NCBI GenBank assembly: GCA_963844035.1
Contig: CAWJMT010000004.1
Location: 352,001 to 416,000 of the forward strand
Direction of reading: 5' to 3'
Origin: an uncultured Gemmatimonadales bacterium
GTDB taxonomy: Bacteria > Gemmatimonadota > Gemmatimonadetes > Gemmatimonadales > GWC2-71-9
Length of the DNA: 64,000 nucleotides
Position numbers and translations under genes: made by a program. The notes beneath the pieces were generated by a model, which ran no database searches, had not been told where the DNA came from, and saw only the letters and a program-made list of their open reading frames with translations. Positions 23,346-37,390 of this stretch are shown piece by piece. Within the stretch, counting starts at the first letter, position 1. The number at the start of each line of letters is the position of its first letter.

Positions 23346-26020
23346 ATGAGCGATTTCAACGCCCGCCTCCAGCAGGCGCTGGGCGACGCATACCGCGTCG
23401 AGCGTGAGTTGGGCGGTGGCGGGATGAGCCGCGTGTTCGTCGCCACCGAGTCGGCGCTCGATCGCCACGTGGTCATCAAGGTCTTGCCCCCCGAGCTCGC
23501 CGCCGGACTCAACGTCGACCGGTTCCGCCGCGAGATCCAGCTCGCCGCCAAGCTGCAACATCCCCACATCGTCCCGCTGCTTGCCGCCGGCTCGGCCGAT
23601 GGGCTGCTCTACTACACGATGCCGCTGATCGAAGGGGAATCGCTGCGGATCAAGCTGGCGCGCGAGGGGGAGCTGCCGGTCGCCGAAGCGATGCGGATTC
23701 TCAGGGAAGTGGCGGATGCGCTCGCCTACGCACACGCCCACGGGTTGATCCATCGCGACATCAAGCCGGACAACGTGCTGCTCAGCGGCAAGCATGCGGT
23801 CGTCACCGACTTCGGCGTTTCGAAAGCACTGTCGAACGCCACCGGCGGCAGCGACATGACCTCCATCGGTGTCGCGCTCGGCACACCCGCGTACATGGCG
23901 CCCGAGCAGGCCGCCGCCGACCCGACGATGGACCATCGGGCCGACATTTACGCGCTCGGCGTGCTCGCGTACGAGCTGTTGGCCGGCCGCCCGCCGTTCA
24001 GCGGCAACACCGCCCAGCAGGTGATGGCCGCGCATGCCACGCAGACCCCGCAGCCGTTGACCCAGGCCCGGGCGGCGGTCCCACCGGCGCTCGAGGCGCT
24101 GGTGTTGCGCTGCCTCGAGAAGCGCCCTGCCGACCGGCCGCGTACAGCCGCCGATGTGCTGGGCGCGCTCGAGGGAATGGCCACGCCCTCGGGGGGCATG
24201 GCACCGTTCGCACCCGCGTCGAGCGCGCGACGCCGGTTGGTGTTGGGAGGGGTGGGCGCGGCCATCATTGTCGCCGGCGCGCTGGCGTTCGCAACGCTCC
24301 GCGGCCCACGAGCAGCGGCCGCGGGGACACGCTCGATTGCCGTGCTGCCGTTCGAGACGCTGGGCGGCTCCGACTCGGGCCTGACGCTCGCCGACGGGTT
24401 GCAGGACGACATCCTCACGCAGCTCACCAAGATCGGCGCGTTGCAGGTCACGTCCCGCCGGTCGGTCCAGGACTACCGCCACACCACCAAGAACGTGCGC
24501 GAGATCGGGCGCGAGCTGGGCGTGCGCGCGCTGCTCACGGGCCAGGTGCAGCGCGCCGGGAACCGCATGCGCGTCAACGTGCAGCTGATCGAGGCGGGGA
24601 GCGACCGCCAGCTCTGGGCCGAGGCGTACGATCGTGAGCTGACGGCGCAGCACGTGTTCGCGATCCAGGACTCGATCGCGAAGAACGTGGCGGAGGCGCT
24701 GCGGATCGAGCTGTCGCCCGCCGAGGCACAGGCGATCGCCGAGACGCCGACGCAGAATCTCGAGGCGCTCGACTACTTCCACCGGGGCCGCGAGCTGTTC
24801 AACCGTCGCGGGTTCGTGCTCGCCGACACCGAGGCGCCGCGGGCGTTCGAGCGTGCCGTGGCGCTCGATCCCCAGTTCGCGCAGGCGTGGGCCGGCCTCA
24901 GCGAAGCGCGCAGCTGGTTGATCCGGCAGTATCTCACGTACGACACGACGCCGGCGCGCCGCGCGCTGGAGCGCGCCGAAGCCCTCGCACCCGACGCGCC
25001 CGAGACGGAGTTGGCGCGAGGCTTCTATCAGTACTACGCCAAAGGCGAGTACGCGGCGGCGCTCGAGCATTTCCGCGCCGTCGAGCGCACCCGGCCGAGT
25101 GACGGCGGTGCCGTGCAGGCGATCGGCTACATCATGCGCCGGCAGGGCGATACGCGCGGCGCGCTCGAGCACGGCGAGCGTATCACCCAGCTCGACCCCC
25201 GCGATCCCAGTGCGCTGTGGGATCTGGGCGGCACCTACCTCTGGCTGCGTCGCTTCGCCCCAGCCAATCGGGCGCTCGAGCGCGCGCTCATTCTCTATCC
25301 CGACTACGAGTCGGCGACTCGTCTTTCTGTTCGCGAGCCAGTTCAGCTCGGGCGACACGGCGCGCGCGGCGACGCTGGCCGAGAATGCGGAGGACCACGT
25401 CAGTCCTTGGACGGCGTCGTGGATCCAAAGCGAGATGGCGCTGCTGCGCCGCGACTACCCGAGCGCGATTCGGCTGATGGCGGGAGTCACATCCCGTCAA
25501 CGCACCGCAGCGGCGCAACCGGCTGCTGCTGCTCGCGCTCGCCAACCACGCGGCGGGGGACGCCCGCGCGACGGCGGTGTACGCCGACTCGGTGCGGCAG
25601 AGGTGCCGAGGCCGACCTGCGGCGCATGGCCGGGTGGCGCGACGTGTTCGGCGGCCTCGCGGACCTCCACGGTTACCTGGGGATCGCCCACGCGCTCCTC
25701 GGGCACAAGGACGCGGCGGTGAAGGAGGGCCAGATCGCCGTGGCGCTGAACCCGGTCACACGCGATGCGATCGAGGGCCCGCGCAGCACTGCGCAGCTGG
25801 CGGCGATTTACACCCTGATCGGCGATCGCGACGCCGCGCTCGACCGCCTGCGCTTCCTCACCACGGTGCTTTCGACCCATTGGCGCCCGGGCCATCGATC
25901 ACGACGGCGGCCGTGCTGCGACTCGATCCGCTCTGGGACCCGCTGCGGAACGATCCCCGGTTCGATGCGCTGATCCGTGACGAGGCGAAGCTGGAGCGGG
26001 AGGCGAGCCTCATCCCGTAA
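23346..26020 (+). CDS. Hanks-type Ser/Thr kinase with TM helix, TolB-like (SIAVLPF) and TPR domains, frameshifted
   Basis: GGGGMS, HRDIKPDN, DFG, GTPAYMAPE; SIAVLPFE; LRLDPLWDPLRNDPRF tail. Confidence 0.92.
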
Positions 26021-26028
26021 CCCCACCC

Positions 26029-26601
26029 CTACTGCACCATCCCAAACCGCTTGTTCTTGGCCGTCATCTTGAGGAAGTAGCGTAGTCGCTGCTCGAATTT
26101 CTCGGGGCGGTGACGGGCGGCCGCGATCCAGCCGATACGAATCCGTTTGTACGACGCGGGAAGGCGACGGAAGTTCTTCCAGGCCGCTTGATCTTGCTTG
26201 ATGCGCGCCAGGATATCGGCGGGCATCACCCACTTGGGATTGGGCTTCGTGTCCTTCGCGCGATCGAACGCGTGCTCGATTCCCGCGAGACCAGCTTTGG
26301 TCATCCGCCTTGCCGCAATGAGGCGCCGCACGCGTTCGAGGTTCATGGCGGAGAGCCGGCTGGTGCGCCGGCGGGGCGAATAGCGTTGCGCGTAGCAGTC
26401 CGCGTCGATCGCTTTGAGGGTGCTGTCGATCCAGCCGTAGCACAGTGCTTCTTCCACGGCGTGGTTGTACGGGATGCGCGGCTTGCCGCTGTGCTTCTTA
26501 TAGTAGACCAGCCAGATCTCGGGAGCGGTGGCGTGGTGCTTGGCGAGCCAGGCGCGCCACTCGCGGCGGTTCTTGGCGTAGAAGGTCTTTCCGACATTCA
26601 T
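26029..26601 (-). CDS. YdeI/OmpD-associated family protein
   Basis: WRAWLAKHH, EEALCYGWIDS, YSPRR. Confidence 0.92.
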   Translation of the reverse strand: MNVGKTFYAKNRREWRAWLAKHHATAPEIWLVYYKKHSGKPRIPYNHAVEEALCYGWIDSTLKAIDADCYAQRYSPRRRTSRLSAMNLERVRRLIAARRMTKAGLAGIEHAFDRAKDTKPNPKWVMPADILARIKQDQAAWKNFRRLPASYKRIRIGWIAAARHRPEKFEQRLRYFLKMTAKNKRFGMVQ

Positions 26602-26776
26602 GGGCGAACCTTCATGCGCAATTCACACACTCCTTCATAATGGCCTGCTATCCTATGCGTGGGCAGGACAACAGGGACCCTGCCCATGGGGGCGGACCCG
26701 CGAACCAGCGCACGCGAGTCGCCCCCTAATCTTTTTCTGGCTCCCCGCCTCAGCCCCTGACCCGCGCACTCAGGGC

Positions 26777-27277
26777 CTAGCTGCCCAAGCCCAGCAACGC
26801 CCCCTCGTGTTCGAGCAGCCAGCGTTTGCGATCGATCCCGCCGCCGAATCCCGTCAGCTCGCCATGCGCTCCCACGACACGGTGACACGGGACGATGATC
26901 GGGATCGGGTTCTGTCCATTGGCGGCGCCGACAGCGCGGGTGGCGCGGACGTCACCCAGGCGGCGCGCAATCTCGCTGTAGCTCACCGTGGTCCCGTAGG
27001 GAATCGCCCGAAGTGCATTCCACACCTGGTGCTGAAACTCAGAGCCGGCGGGCGCGAGTGGGAGATCGAACGTCGTGCGGGCGCGCGCGAAGTATTCCTC
27101 GAGCTCTTGCCGAGCCTGGGCGAGCACTGCGTTCCCAGGGGTGAGGTCCTCGGTGCCTAGCGTGTGATCTCCAGGAGCAGCCATGCGCCCGGTCGGGAAA
27201 TGCACCGCCAACAGCGCCACATCCGACGCCACGAGCGTGAGCTCGCCGACGGGAGTGGGAAGCCTCAGAATGGCCAT
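26777..27277 (-). CDS. ogt: Methylated-DNA--protein-cysteine methyltransferase
   Basis: IPYGTTVSY, RAVGAANGQNP, PCHRV active site. Confidence 0.95.
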   Translation of the reverse strand: MAILRLPTPVGELTLVASDVALLAVHFPTGRMAAPGDHTLGTEDLTPGNAVLAQARQELEEYFARARTTFDLPLAPAGSEFQHQVWNALRAIPYGTTVSYSEIARRLGDVRATRAVGAANGQNPIPIIVPCHRVVGAHGELTGFGGGIDRKRWLLEHEGALLGLGS

Positions 27278-27409
27278 GGACGGAATCTGCCCCCACTTCG
27301 AGCTTACGCTCGGGGCCACACAGCGCGGGGTGCCCCACTAGCCGTCTACCCGCCTAACCGCCTGCTTATTATTGGGCACCGATTCCTCTTCTCTCACCCG
27401 GGACCGCCT

Positions 27410-30343
<2,934 letters not shown>

Positions 30344-30347
<4 letters not shown>

Positions 30348-31760
30348 CGACGACTCCCGCGACCCCCGCGTCCTCCCGCCCCGCCAAACCGCTCGACCGC
30401 TCGATCGTGGACGGTCCGCTCGGCCACGCGGTCTGGATGATCGCCTGGCCGACCATGCTGCAGAACGTCATCGGCGGGCTCCAGGGGATGGTCGATCACG
30501 CGATGGTGGGACACTTCGTCGGGTACGCGGGCAACGCCGCGATCGGCGTGGCGACGCAAATCTTCATCGTCGTCATCGTGTTCGTCGCGTCGGTGTTCAC
30601 GGGGATGGGCGTGCTGGTCGCGCGCTACGCGGGCGCCGGCGACGCCGAGAAGGTCAACCGCACCGTATACCAGGCGTTCCTCGCCGCCGTGGGGCTGTCC
30701 TTCTTCATCCTGGCGCCGCTGGGCTACGTGTTCGCGCCCTGGCTGCTCGAGTTGGTGCGCGCGGCGCCCGAAGTGCGCCGTGAAGCGCTGCCGTTTCTCC
30801 GCATCATGCTCGGGTGCAGCGCCGGCATGCTGCTGTTCTTCATGGTCAGCGGGGCGTTGCGCGCCGCGGGGGACGCGCAAGACGCCGCTGCGCCTCGGCC
30901 TGGCGCTGACGGTGCTCAACGTCGTCTTCAACGTGATCCTGATCCGCGGGCTCGGACCGATTCCCCGGTTCGGCACCGCGGGAGCGGCGATCGGTAGCTC
31001 GATCGCGAGCTTCATCGCGAGCGGCTGGGCGTTGTACCTGATCTGCTCAGGGCGACTCGTGGTCCACTGGCACCGCGGGATGAACTGGCGACCCGATTGG
31101 ACAGTGATCCGCCAGCTGTTCCGGTTCGGACTTCCGGCCGGCGCGCAGGGGATCGCGATGAACATCGGCGGCGTGTTCATGCTGCGGTTCATCGGCTCGC
31201 TCGAGCACAGCGGCGAGGCGCAAGCCGCGTTTGCCGTGGCATACACCGAGCTGTTTTCCCTGATCACGTGGACGTCGGTCGGATTGATGGGCGCCGCCGC
31301 GACGGTCGCCGGGCAGAACCTCGGGGCCGGACGTCCCGAGCGGTCGCTGCGCGGCGTGCACGTCGCGGCCTGGATCGGCCTTGGCGTCGCTGCCGTGGTT
31401 GGTGTCCTGTTCGTCACGATCCCCGGCACGTTGCTCGCATTGTTCGGCATGAATGACGGGCTGGTCGTCAGCATCGGCACACAGCTGCTGGCGTTTCTCA
31501 GCGTGTCGGGGTTCTTCATTACGCTCGCGCTCACCTACACCGGTGGGCTGCAAGGAACCGGGGACACCCGCTCGCCGCTCTATATCTCCCTCGTCTCACA
31601 GGTCGGCGTGCCGCTCGGCCTGTGTTTCATCCTCCAGGCGATCCGGCCGCTCCAGCCGGCCGACATCTGGCTGGCGATTGTGCTGGGTCATGCGACGCGG
31701 TGCGGGCTGAGCCTGTGGCGATTCAGACAGGGGAAGTGGCGGGAGATCCGGGTGGAGTGA
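30344..31760 (+). CDS. MATE family efflux transporter (frameshift near 30880)
   Basis: IAWPTML, LRAAGD.KTPL, GQNLGAG, LQGTGDTRSP. Confidence 0.92.
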
Positions 31761-31874
31761 GACGGCGGTCGGGCGGGCGGGCGGTCAAGAAACAACGGCG
31801 GCGGACGTCAATCTGCATAAGACCGCCTGACCGCCGCCGTTGCCTTTTGACCGCCTGACCGCCGAAGTTTTCTC

Positions 31875-33008
31875 ATGCCCGAACCCGCCTACCCTGCCGC
31901 CCGCGCCGTCGCGCAAGCCGTCGAGGCCCACTTTCGCCGTCACTCTGCGCAGGCGCTCGAGCAAGGGCGGTCCGGTATCGCCCACGTCCCCGATGGGTCG
32001 GCGGTGGAGCGGATGGTGGATGCCGCCTTCTGGGCGAGCCTGCGCCGCGAGGAAGGGCGCGAGCCGAGGATCTCGCTCGCGTATCTCCCTCCCGAGCAAG
32101 CGGGGATGTCGCTCCGTCTCGACCATCCCCTGAGCCTCGACCCGGCAACGCTCACGCGGCTGTCCCCGGCGGTCGAGCGGCCCGGCATTCACCTCGGCGT
32201 GTGGCACGATGGCGGCGAGCTGTACTTGTGGGGCGCGACGCGCACGCTCCCGCCACTCTGTTTTGTCATCGAGGTGATCGAGCCGGGATTGCTGGTGATC
32301 AAGCACGGCCGCGCTGCCGCCGGGAAGCTCACCAACGTCGCGGTGCTCGAGGGCGACCAGGTCAAGATCGTGGACCCCCAGAGCACGTTCTCATCCGACT
32401 GTCCCAACTTCGTCAACTCATTGCTCGGGCTCGACACGCCGTCGAACGCCGGGGTGAGCGTGCTGCTGCAGCTCGCGCTCTCGATGCGCGCGCACCATCA
32501 CGGGGGCCTGCTGCTGGTCGTCCCGCACCAGACCGAGGGGTGGCGCGACTCGATTCTCTGGCCGGTCCCCTACCTCGTGTCGCCGCCGTTCCCCAAAGTC
32601 GGCGAGCTGATGCGCAGCAACCCTGCCGAGCGGAGTGGTGACTGGCAGGGGGTGTTCCGGTCCGCGATCGACGCCGTGGCCGGCCTCACCGCGGTGGACG
32701 GTGCGACGGTGGTGAGCGATCAATGGGACGTGCTCGCGTTCGGCGCCAAAATCGGCCGGCGCGAGGCGAGCTTCGCAGTCGAGCAGGTATCGATCGTGGA
32801 GCCGATCGTAGGGCAGCAAGCGGTGGTGATGCACCCGGCGCTGTTGGGCGGCACGCGCCACTTGTCGGCGGCGCAGTTCGTCCACGAACAGCGCGACGCG
32901 CTGGCCATGGTGGCGTCACAGGATGGGCGGTTCACGGTGTTCGCGTGGTCCGAGAGCGACGGGATGGTGCAGGGCTACCGGGTGGAAGCTCTCCTAAGGT
33001 TGACGTGA
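31875..33008 (+). CDS. DACNV-type N-terminal domain plus DisA_N-like (diadenylate cyclase-like) protein
   Basis: AFWASLRREEG N-terminus; VDGA and GTRHLSAA, ASQDG. Confidence 0.8.
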   Translation: MPEPAYPAARAVAQAVEAHFRRHSAQALEQGRSGIAHVPDGSAVERMVDAAFWASLRREEGREPRISLAYLPPEQAGMSLRLDHPLSLDPATLTRLSPAVERPGIHLGVWHDGGELYLWGATRTLPPLCFVIEVIEPGLLVIKHGRAAAGKLTNVAVLEGDQVKIVDPQSTFSSDCPNFVNSLLGLDTPSNAGVSVLLQLALSMRAHHHGGLLLVVPHQTEGWRDSILWPVPYLVSPPFPKVGELMRSNPAERSGDWQGVFRSAIDAVAGLTAVDGATVVSDQWDVLAFGAKIGRREASFAVEQVSIVEPIVGQQAVVMHPALLGGTRHLSAAQFVHEQRDALAMVASQDGRFTVFAWSESDGMVQGYRVEALLRLT

Positions 33009-33092
33009 GAGTGACTCCTGCTCCGGCAGCCCAGAGGGCGCCCGCCGTCGCAGGAGCCACTCTCACGTGCCGAGTAGCAATCCGTGCGCCGG

Positions 33093-34980
33093 CTAGGGTG
33101 GGTTAACCCCGGGCCCACGGCCCGGGGGCTGCGCAGCAGAGCGAACGCCCGGCCGGTGCACCTCACACGTGTACGCCCCCTCGACCTCCACTAAGACCTC
33201 GAGGTGAGTGAGACAATGCCGCTGCCCGTCCGCGGCACACTCCCCTGAGTGCCCGGCGCAGACGACCTTGCCGCACGACGCGCACGCCCCGACCTCGTCC
33301 AACGCCAATAGCGTGTCCGGCTCGTAGGCGCAGCCCGCCACGTGCCGCGCGCACACCATGCGCCGCGACGTGTCGGTGCGGCGCAAATGCTGCGAGCAGT
33401 GCACCTGCCCATCCACCGCGCACACCGCCTGATGCTTCGTGCAGACCGACTTGTCGCAGCTGGCGCACTGCGTCACCTCGTCGATCCCGACCGGCTCGTT
33501 GCTCCCGCCCTCGCAGTACTTGAGGCACGCCGTACACAGGCGGCGACTGCCCTTCGGCGCGTCCGCGCTCGACTGCTCAGCATGGCGGTTGCACACCAGG
33601 CGGCCGCAGCTGCCGCACGGCGCGAGGCAGGTGACACACGCCGTGTGGTCACCCTCGGCGCACACCCCCTCGTGCTTCGTGCAGTAGTCGAATCGGCACG
33701 ACGGGCAGTTCCGCACGTGCTCCGCGCAGGCGGGCAGACTGTCCACTCGACATTCGGGCGTTCCATGCTGCGCACAGAAATCTTCTTTGCACACCGAGCA
33801 GCGGTACGAGCACGCTCCACACGAGCAGTGGTCGTGCTTGCAAACGACGAGTGCGTCGGGAACGACGCCGCACTGCGGGCACGTGAGAATCCAGTCGCCC
33901 GCGCCGCTCGATGAGCGCTGGGCGCTGAATGTGGCCCGGTGCCCCGTCGCCGATTCCAGCCGCCATTCGGCGCGCTGGATCAGGGCGGTGGCCTCGATCA
34001 GCTGCAGGGGGTGCACGATCGCGCGCACCTGGCTGCGGCGCACTTCCTCGGTGCGGCGCCGCTCGGCATGCGCCGTGACGGTGGCGATCGCGGCGTCGTC
34101 CGATTGCTCCCCCAGGACCGACGCGAAGTAGCGCTCGAGGCGGGCCAACTCGACGGCGAGTTGTTGCTCCGCCGTGGCGCGACGCGCCGCCACCCGCTCG
34201 GCTGACTTCTCCCGCAGGTTGGCGAGCAGCAACCGGAGCAGATCCTCGGGCTCTCGGGCCGGGACGGCTGCGGCCTTCACCTGAGACGCGTCCGCCGGAT
34301 CGATCAGGCCGGCCTCCAGGTCGCGGAACAGGCCAGCCAGATCGGCCGCGACGGGCGCGCCAGCCGACAGGTCGTACACGTCGCTTTCCACCACCGCTTC
34401 CTCGACGCCCGCCCCCGCCCGCAGCACCACGCGCGCAATCAACCGTCCCACTGGATGCACCGCCGAGCGCACGGTACCGGGCTTGGCGGTGCCGTCGCGT
34501 ACCGGAATGCTCAACTCGATGCGTTTGGCGTCGCTCGCGGCGCCCGGTGCGGCGCGATCAGACCGAGCGACAAGCGCGTGGCGCGCGCGCGGATCGCGTC
34601 CAGCAGCTGCGAGAGAAACGGGCTGCCGAGGATCGCGATCTCGGCGTCCCGGTCGCGCTCCAGCGCGTCGAGCGAGAACGCCACGCGCAGCGACTCGCGA
34701 TCCCGGAAAAAGCGCCGTTCGGACGGCGGCAGGTTCAGCTCATGGTGGTCGGCACCAAGGGTGGCCTGCTTCACGCGCGCCAAGCGGCAGTAGCGCTCGA
34801 GCAGCGGCCGGATCCGTGGGTCGGCGAGCGGATCGGCCTCGCCGGGGACAGCGGGCGCGGCCGACGCTGGACGCTTGACGCGTGGCTTACGAGCCTTGGT
34901 CTTGGTCGGTGCTTTCCGCTTAGGCGCCGGTTTCCGCTTGGCTTGCGGCTGTTGGGCTTGGCCTTCGGACGGCGCGTCAT
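33093..34980 (-). CDS. YqhG-like SNF2 partner with long C-terminal Cys/His repeat array, frameshifted
   Basis: Directly downstream of the SNF2 gene; LGSPFLSQLL; coiled coil ELARLERYF; repeated C-x2-C/D-x4-C-x2-H. Confidence 0.7.
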
Positions 34981-35068
34981 GCGAGATTGTCGCGGCTAAA
35001 GCCGCGGCTCGGCCCTGCCGCTGAAGCGGCGACGGAAGCCCGTTCACGGGCAGACGCCGAGCCGCGAT

Positions 35069-37168
35069 TCACGCGGCGTCCACCGTGATGTCCACCAGCG
35101 TCATGGGCAGGTGATCCACCTGCGCCACCAGCGTGATCACGCGTCCGGCGCTGGTCATGCCGCTGAGCCGCACCAGCTCGCCGTGCTGCGGATGGCGGCC
35201 GGCCGGAGTGACCGGGGTGGGGCCCGCGACCGGCTCGATCGACTCGAGCGCCTCGAGGATCTCGGGCACATGCACGCGGAGCTGTTGACGCTTCCGCTCC
35301 CAGCCCGGCGCCTTGACCACCTGGCTCGTGCCGAGTCCCAATCGCAACCGGCCCGGCACCGACAACGTCTCGAAGCGCCGTTCCAGCCGCATCGCGTTGT
35401 CGTCCGGCGCAATCAGCGAGTTGAGCTGCTCCTGCTCCTTGCCCACCGCGCTGCTGTGCTCAATGTCGGCCCCGATCGCTTCCACGCGGCGCGCGAAGTC
35501 TTGCTCGTTCTCAGCCGCGAGCCACTGTTCCGCGAGCCGGCCTTCGAAGTGCTGCGCGCCCCCGAAGTCCCCAAGGATCAGGTCCAGCTCGCCTACCACC
35601 AGCTCGAACAGCTTGATCTTGCGGTCGAGCAGCTGGAGGATGTACGCCTCGATCGTGCCCGACGCGGCGAGGTTGATGATGTGCACCTCACGCTTCTGCC
35701 CGATGCGGTGCAGCCGTCCGATGCGCTGCTCCACCACCATCGGGTTCCAGGGCAGGTCGTAGTTCACGAGCACGTTGCAGAACTGCAGGTTGCGGCCTTC
35801 GCTCCCCGCGCGCGTGGCGATCAGGACGCTGCGCTCGTCCTCGTGGAACGCGCGGATCCGCTTGTCGCGCTCGGGAGTCGAGTGCGCGCCCCAATACACG
35901 ATGGCTTGTCTGCCGAGCTTGGTGACGCGCTCGGCGATCAGGTCGACGGTCGGGCGGTGATCGCTGAAGACCAGGACCCGGCCGGGCGTTTCCTTGAGGA
36001 GCTTGGTCAACACCTCGAGCTTGGCGTGCTTCGTGATCTTCCGCGCCCGTTCTGCCAACTGGCGCGCCATGGTGCGGTACTGCGGGCTGACGTGCTCGCC
36101 TTTCGCGAGCTGCTCGAGCGACTCGCCCAGCGCGCGCGCCGAGGAGCAGAGCCGCTGCCGCAGGTGCAGCACCGCGAGCTGTACCGTTCCCTTGCGAGTC
36201 TTCGTCCCCTCCTCTTCCCCACTCGTCTCGACGAAGCCTTCGCGGTACAACCGCCGCAGAAAGTCCGTCGTGCGCTCGTACAGGTCCGCTTCGCCGGGGG
36301 TGAGCTTCACCTCGGGGTGGCGCGGCCGGCGCGGCGGCAGGTCCAGGTCGTCCACCACGCTCGAGCGCCGCGTGCGGATCATTACTTCGTGCGTCAGCAC
36401 CCGCAGCGCTTCGGGGTCGCGCGGCTGACGGTGGTCCCCTGACGTGAGGTGCTCGCGCTTGAACCCGTCCCAGGTGCCGAGCTGACCCGGCCGCAGCAGC
36501 GTGACCAGGTTGTACAGCTCGCGCAGGTCGTTCTGGAGTGGCGTGGCGGTGAGCAGCAGGATGAAGTCGCGCTCGATCTTCTCGATGAACTGGTAGGTCG
36601 CGCTGGTGTGGCTCTTCACCTTGTGCGCCTCGTCCACAATCACGAGGTCCCAGCGGTGCCGCAGGATCTCCTCGGCGTGGCGGCGGGTGCGCGCGCGGTC
36701 GTGCGACACGATCGCCTTGGTGACGCCCCGCCAGTCGTCGGGGTCGACCGGCGCCTCGAAGCGCTCGAAGAACTTCTCCTCCAGCTCCCCCTGCCATTGG
36801 CCCACCAGCGAAGCGGGCGTCAGGATCAGCGCGCGGCGCGCGAGCCCGCGGACCGCGAGCTCCTTATAGATGATGCTCGCTTCGATCGTCTTGCCGAGGC
36901 CCACTTCGTCGGCCAGGATGGCGCGGCCGCCCAGGTCGCGCAGCACCCGTTGGGCCACGTCGATCTGGTGGGGCAGCTCCTTGATCGCGTTGGCGTCGAG
37001 CGTGATCAGCCGGTCGAAGCCCGGGACCAGGGCGATGCGTTCCGCTTCGCGCCGTAGCTCGTACCAAGCGCGGCCAGCGGGCGGTTGTTTCAGCTGCTCG
37101 GCGAACACCTGGAGGGACTGCTCGTCGACGGCCCAGGAGTCGTCAGTTAGTTGGTTGGGTACGGTCAA
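35069..37168 (-). CDS. SNF2-family helicase (YqhH/RapA-like)
   Basis: ILADEVGLGKTIE, DEAH, LTATP, GSEGRNLQ, YDLPWNP..VEQRIGRLHRIGQ. Confidence 0.95.
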   Translation of the reverse strand: MTVPNQLTDDSWAVDEQSLQVFAEQLKQPPAGRAWYELRREAERIALVPGFDRLITLDANAIKELPHQIDVAQRVLRDLGGRAILADEVGLGKTIEASIIYKELAVRGLARRALILTPASLVGQWQGELEEKFFERFEAPVDPDDWRGVTKAIVSHDRARTRRHAEEILRHRWDLVIVDEAHKVKSHTSATYQFIEKIERDFILLLTATPLQNDLRELYNLVTLLRPGQLGTWDGFKREHLTSGDHRQPRDPEALRVLTHEVMIRTRRSSVVDDLDLPPRRPRHPEVKLTPGEADLYERTTDFLRRLYREGFVETSGEEEGTKTRKGTVQLAVLHLRQRLCSSARALGESLEQLAKGEHVSPQYRTMARQLAERARKITKHAKLEVLTKLLKETPGRVLVFSDHRPTVDLIAERVTKLGRQAIVYWGAHSTPERDKRIRAFHEDERSVLIATRAGSEGRNLQFCNVLVNYDLPWNPMVVEQRIGRLHRIGQKREVHIINLAASGTIEAYILQLLDRKIKLFELVVGELDLILGDFGGAQHFEGRLAEQWLAAENEQDFARRVEAIGADIEHSSAVGKEQEQLNSLIAPDDNAMRLERRFETLSVPGRLRLGLGTSQVVKAPGWERKRQQLRVHVPEILEALESIEPVAGPTPVTPAGRHPQHGELVRLSGMTSAGRVITLVAQVDHLPMTLVDITVDAA

Positions 37169-37216
37169 GCGTTGGCCCTAGAAGTCGGGGGCACAATATA
37201 GGGGATGATGCGGCTA

Positions 37217-37245
37217 TTGACTCGACGATTGCCGAATGCAACATT
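37217..37245 (+). promoter_or_regulatory. Putative sigma70-like promoter of the orphan antisense sRNA
   Basis: TTGACT-17nt-AACATT, same geometry as the three sister copies. Confidence 0.55.
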
Positions 37246-37251
37246 GGACGC

Positions 37252-37326
37252 ACGTGACGGGTCTCCGCGTGCGAGCCGTTCGCTACGCAGACCGAAAGCC
37301 GGGGGGGTAACCCTCCGGCTTTCGTT
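37252..37326 (+). ncRNA. Putative anti-tRNA antisense sRNA, orphan copy (predicted target anticodon GUC)
   Basis: ACGUGACGGGUCUCCGCGU + ...UUCGCUACGC hairpin + GAAAGCCGG...CCGGCUUUC terminator; homologous to 38537, 57464 and 58269. Confidence 0.6.
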
Positions 37327-37390
37327 ATTGTGGCGACGCCGTGCGCGTGACCCGACCGCCTGACCGCCGTATTATCCGACCACCGCTCTA

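Noticed and set aside
23331..25358. Long antisense ORFs (also 39104-41407, 35111-36442, 21121-22563)
   Set aside because: Shadow ORFs of high-GC genes on the opposite strand, with no motifs.
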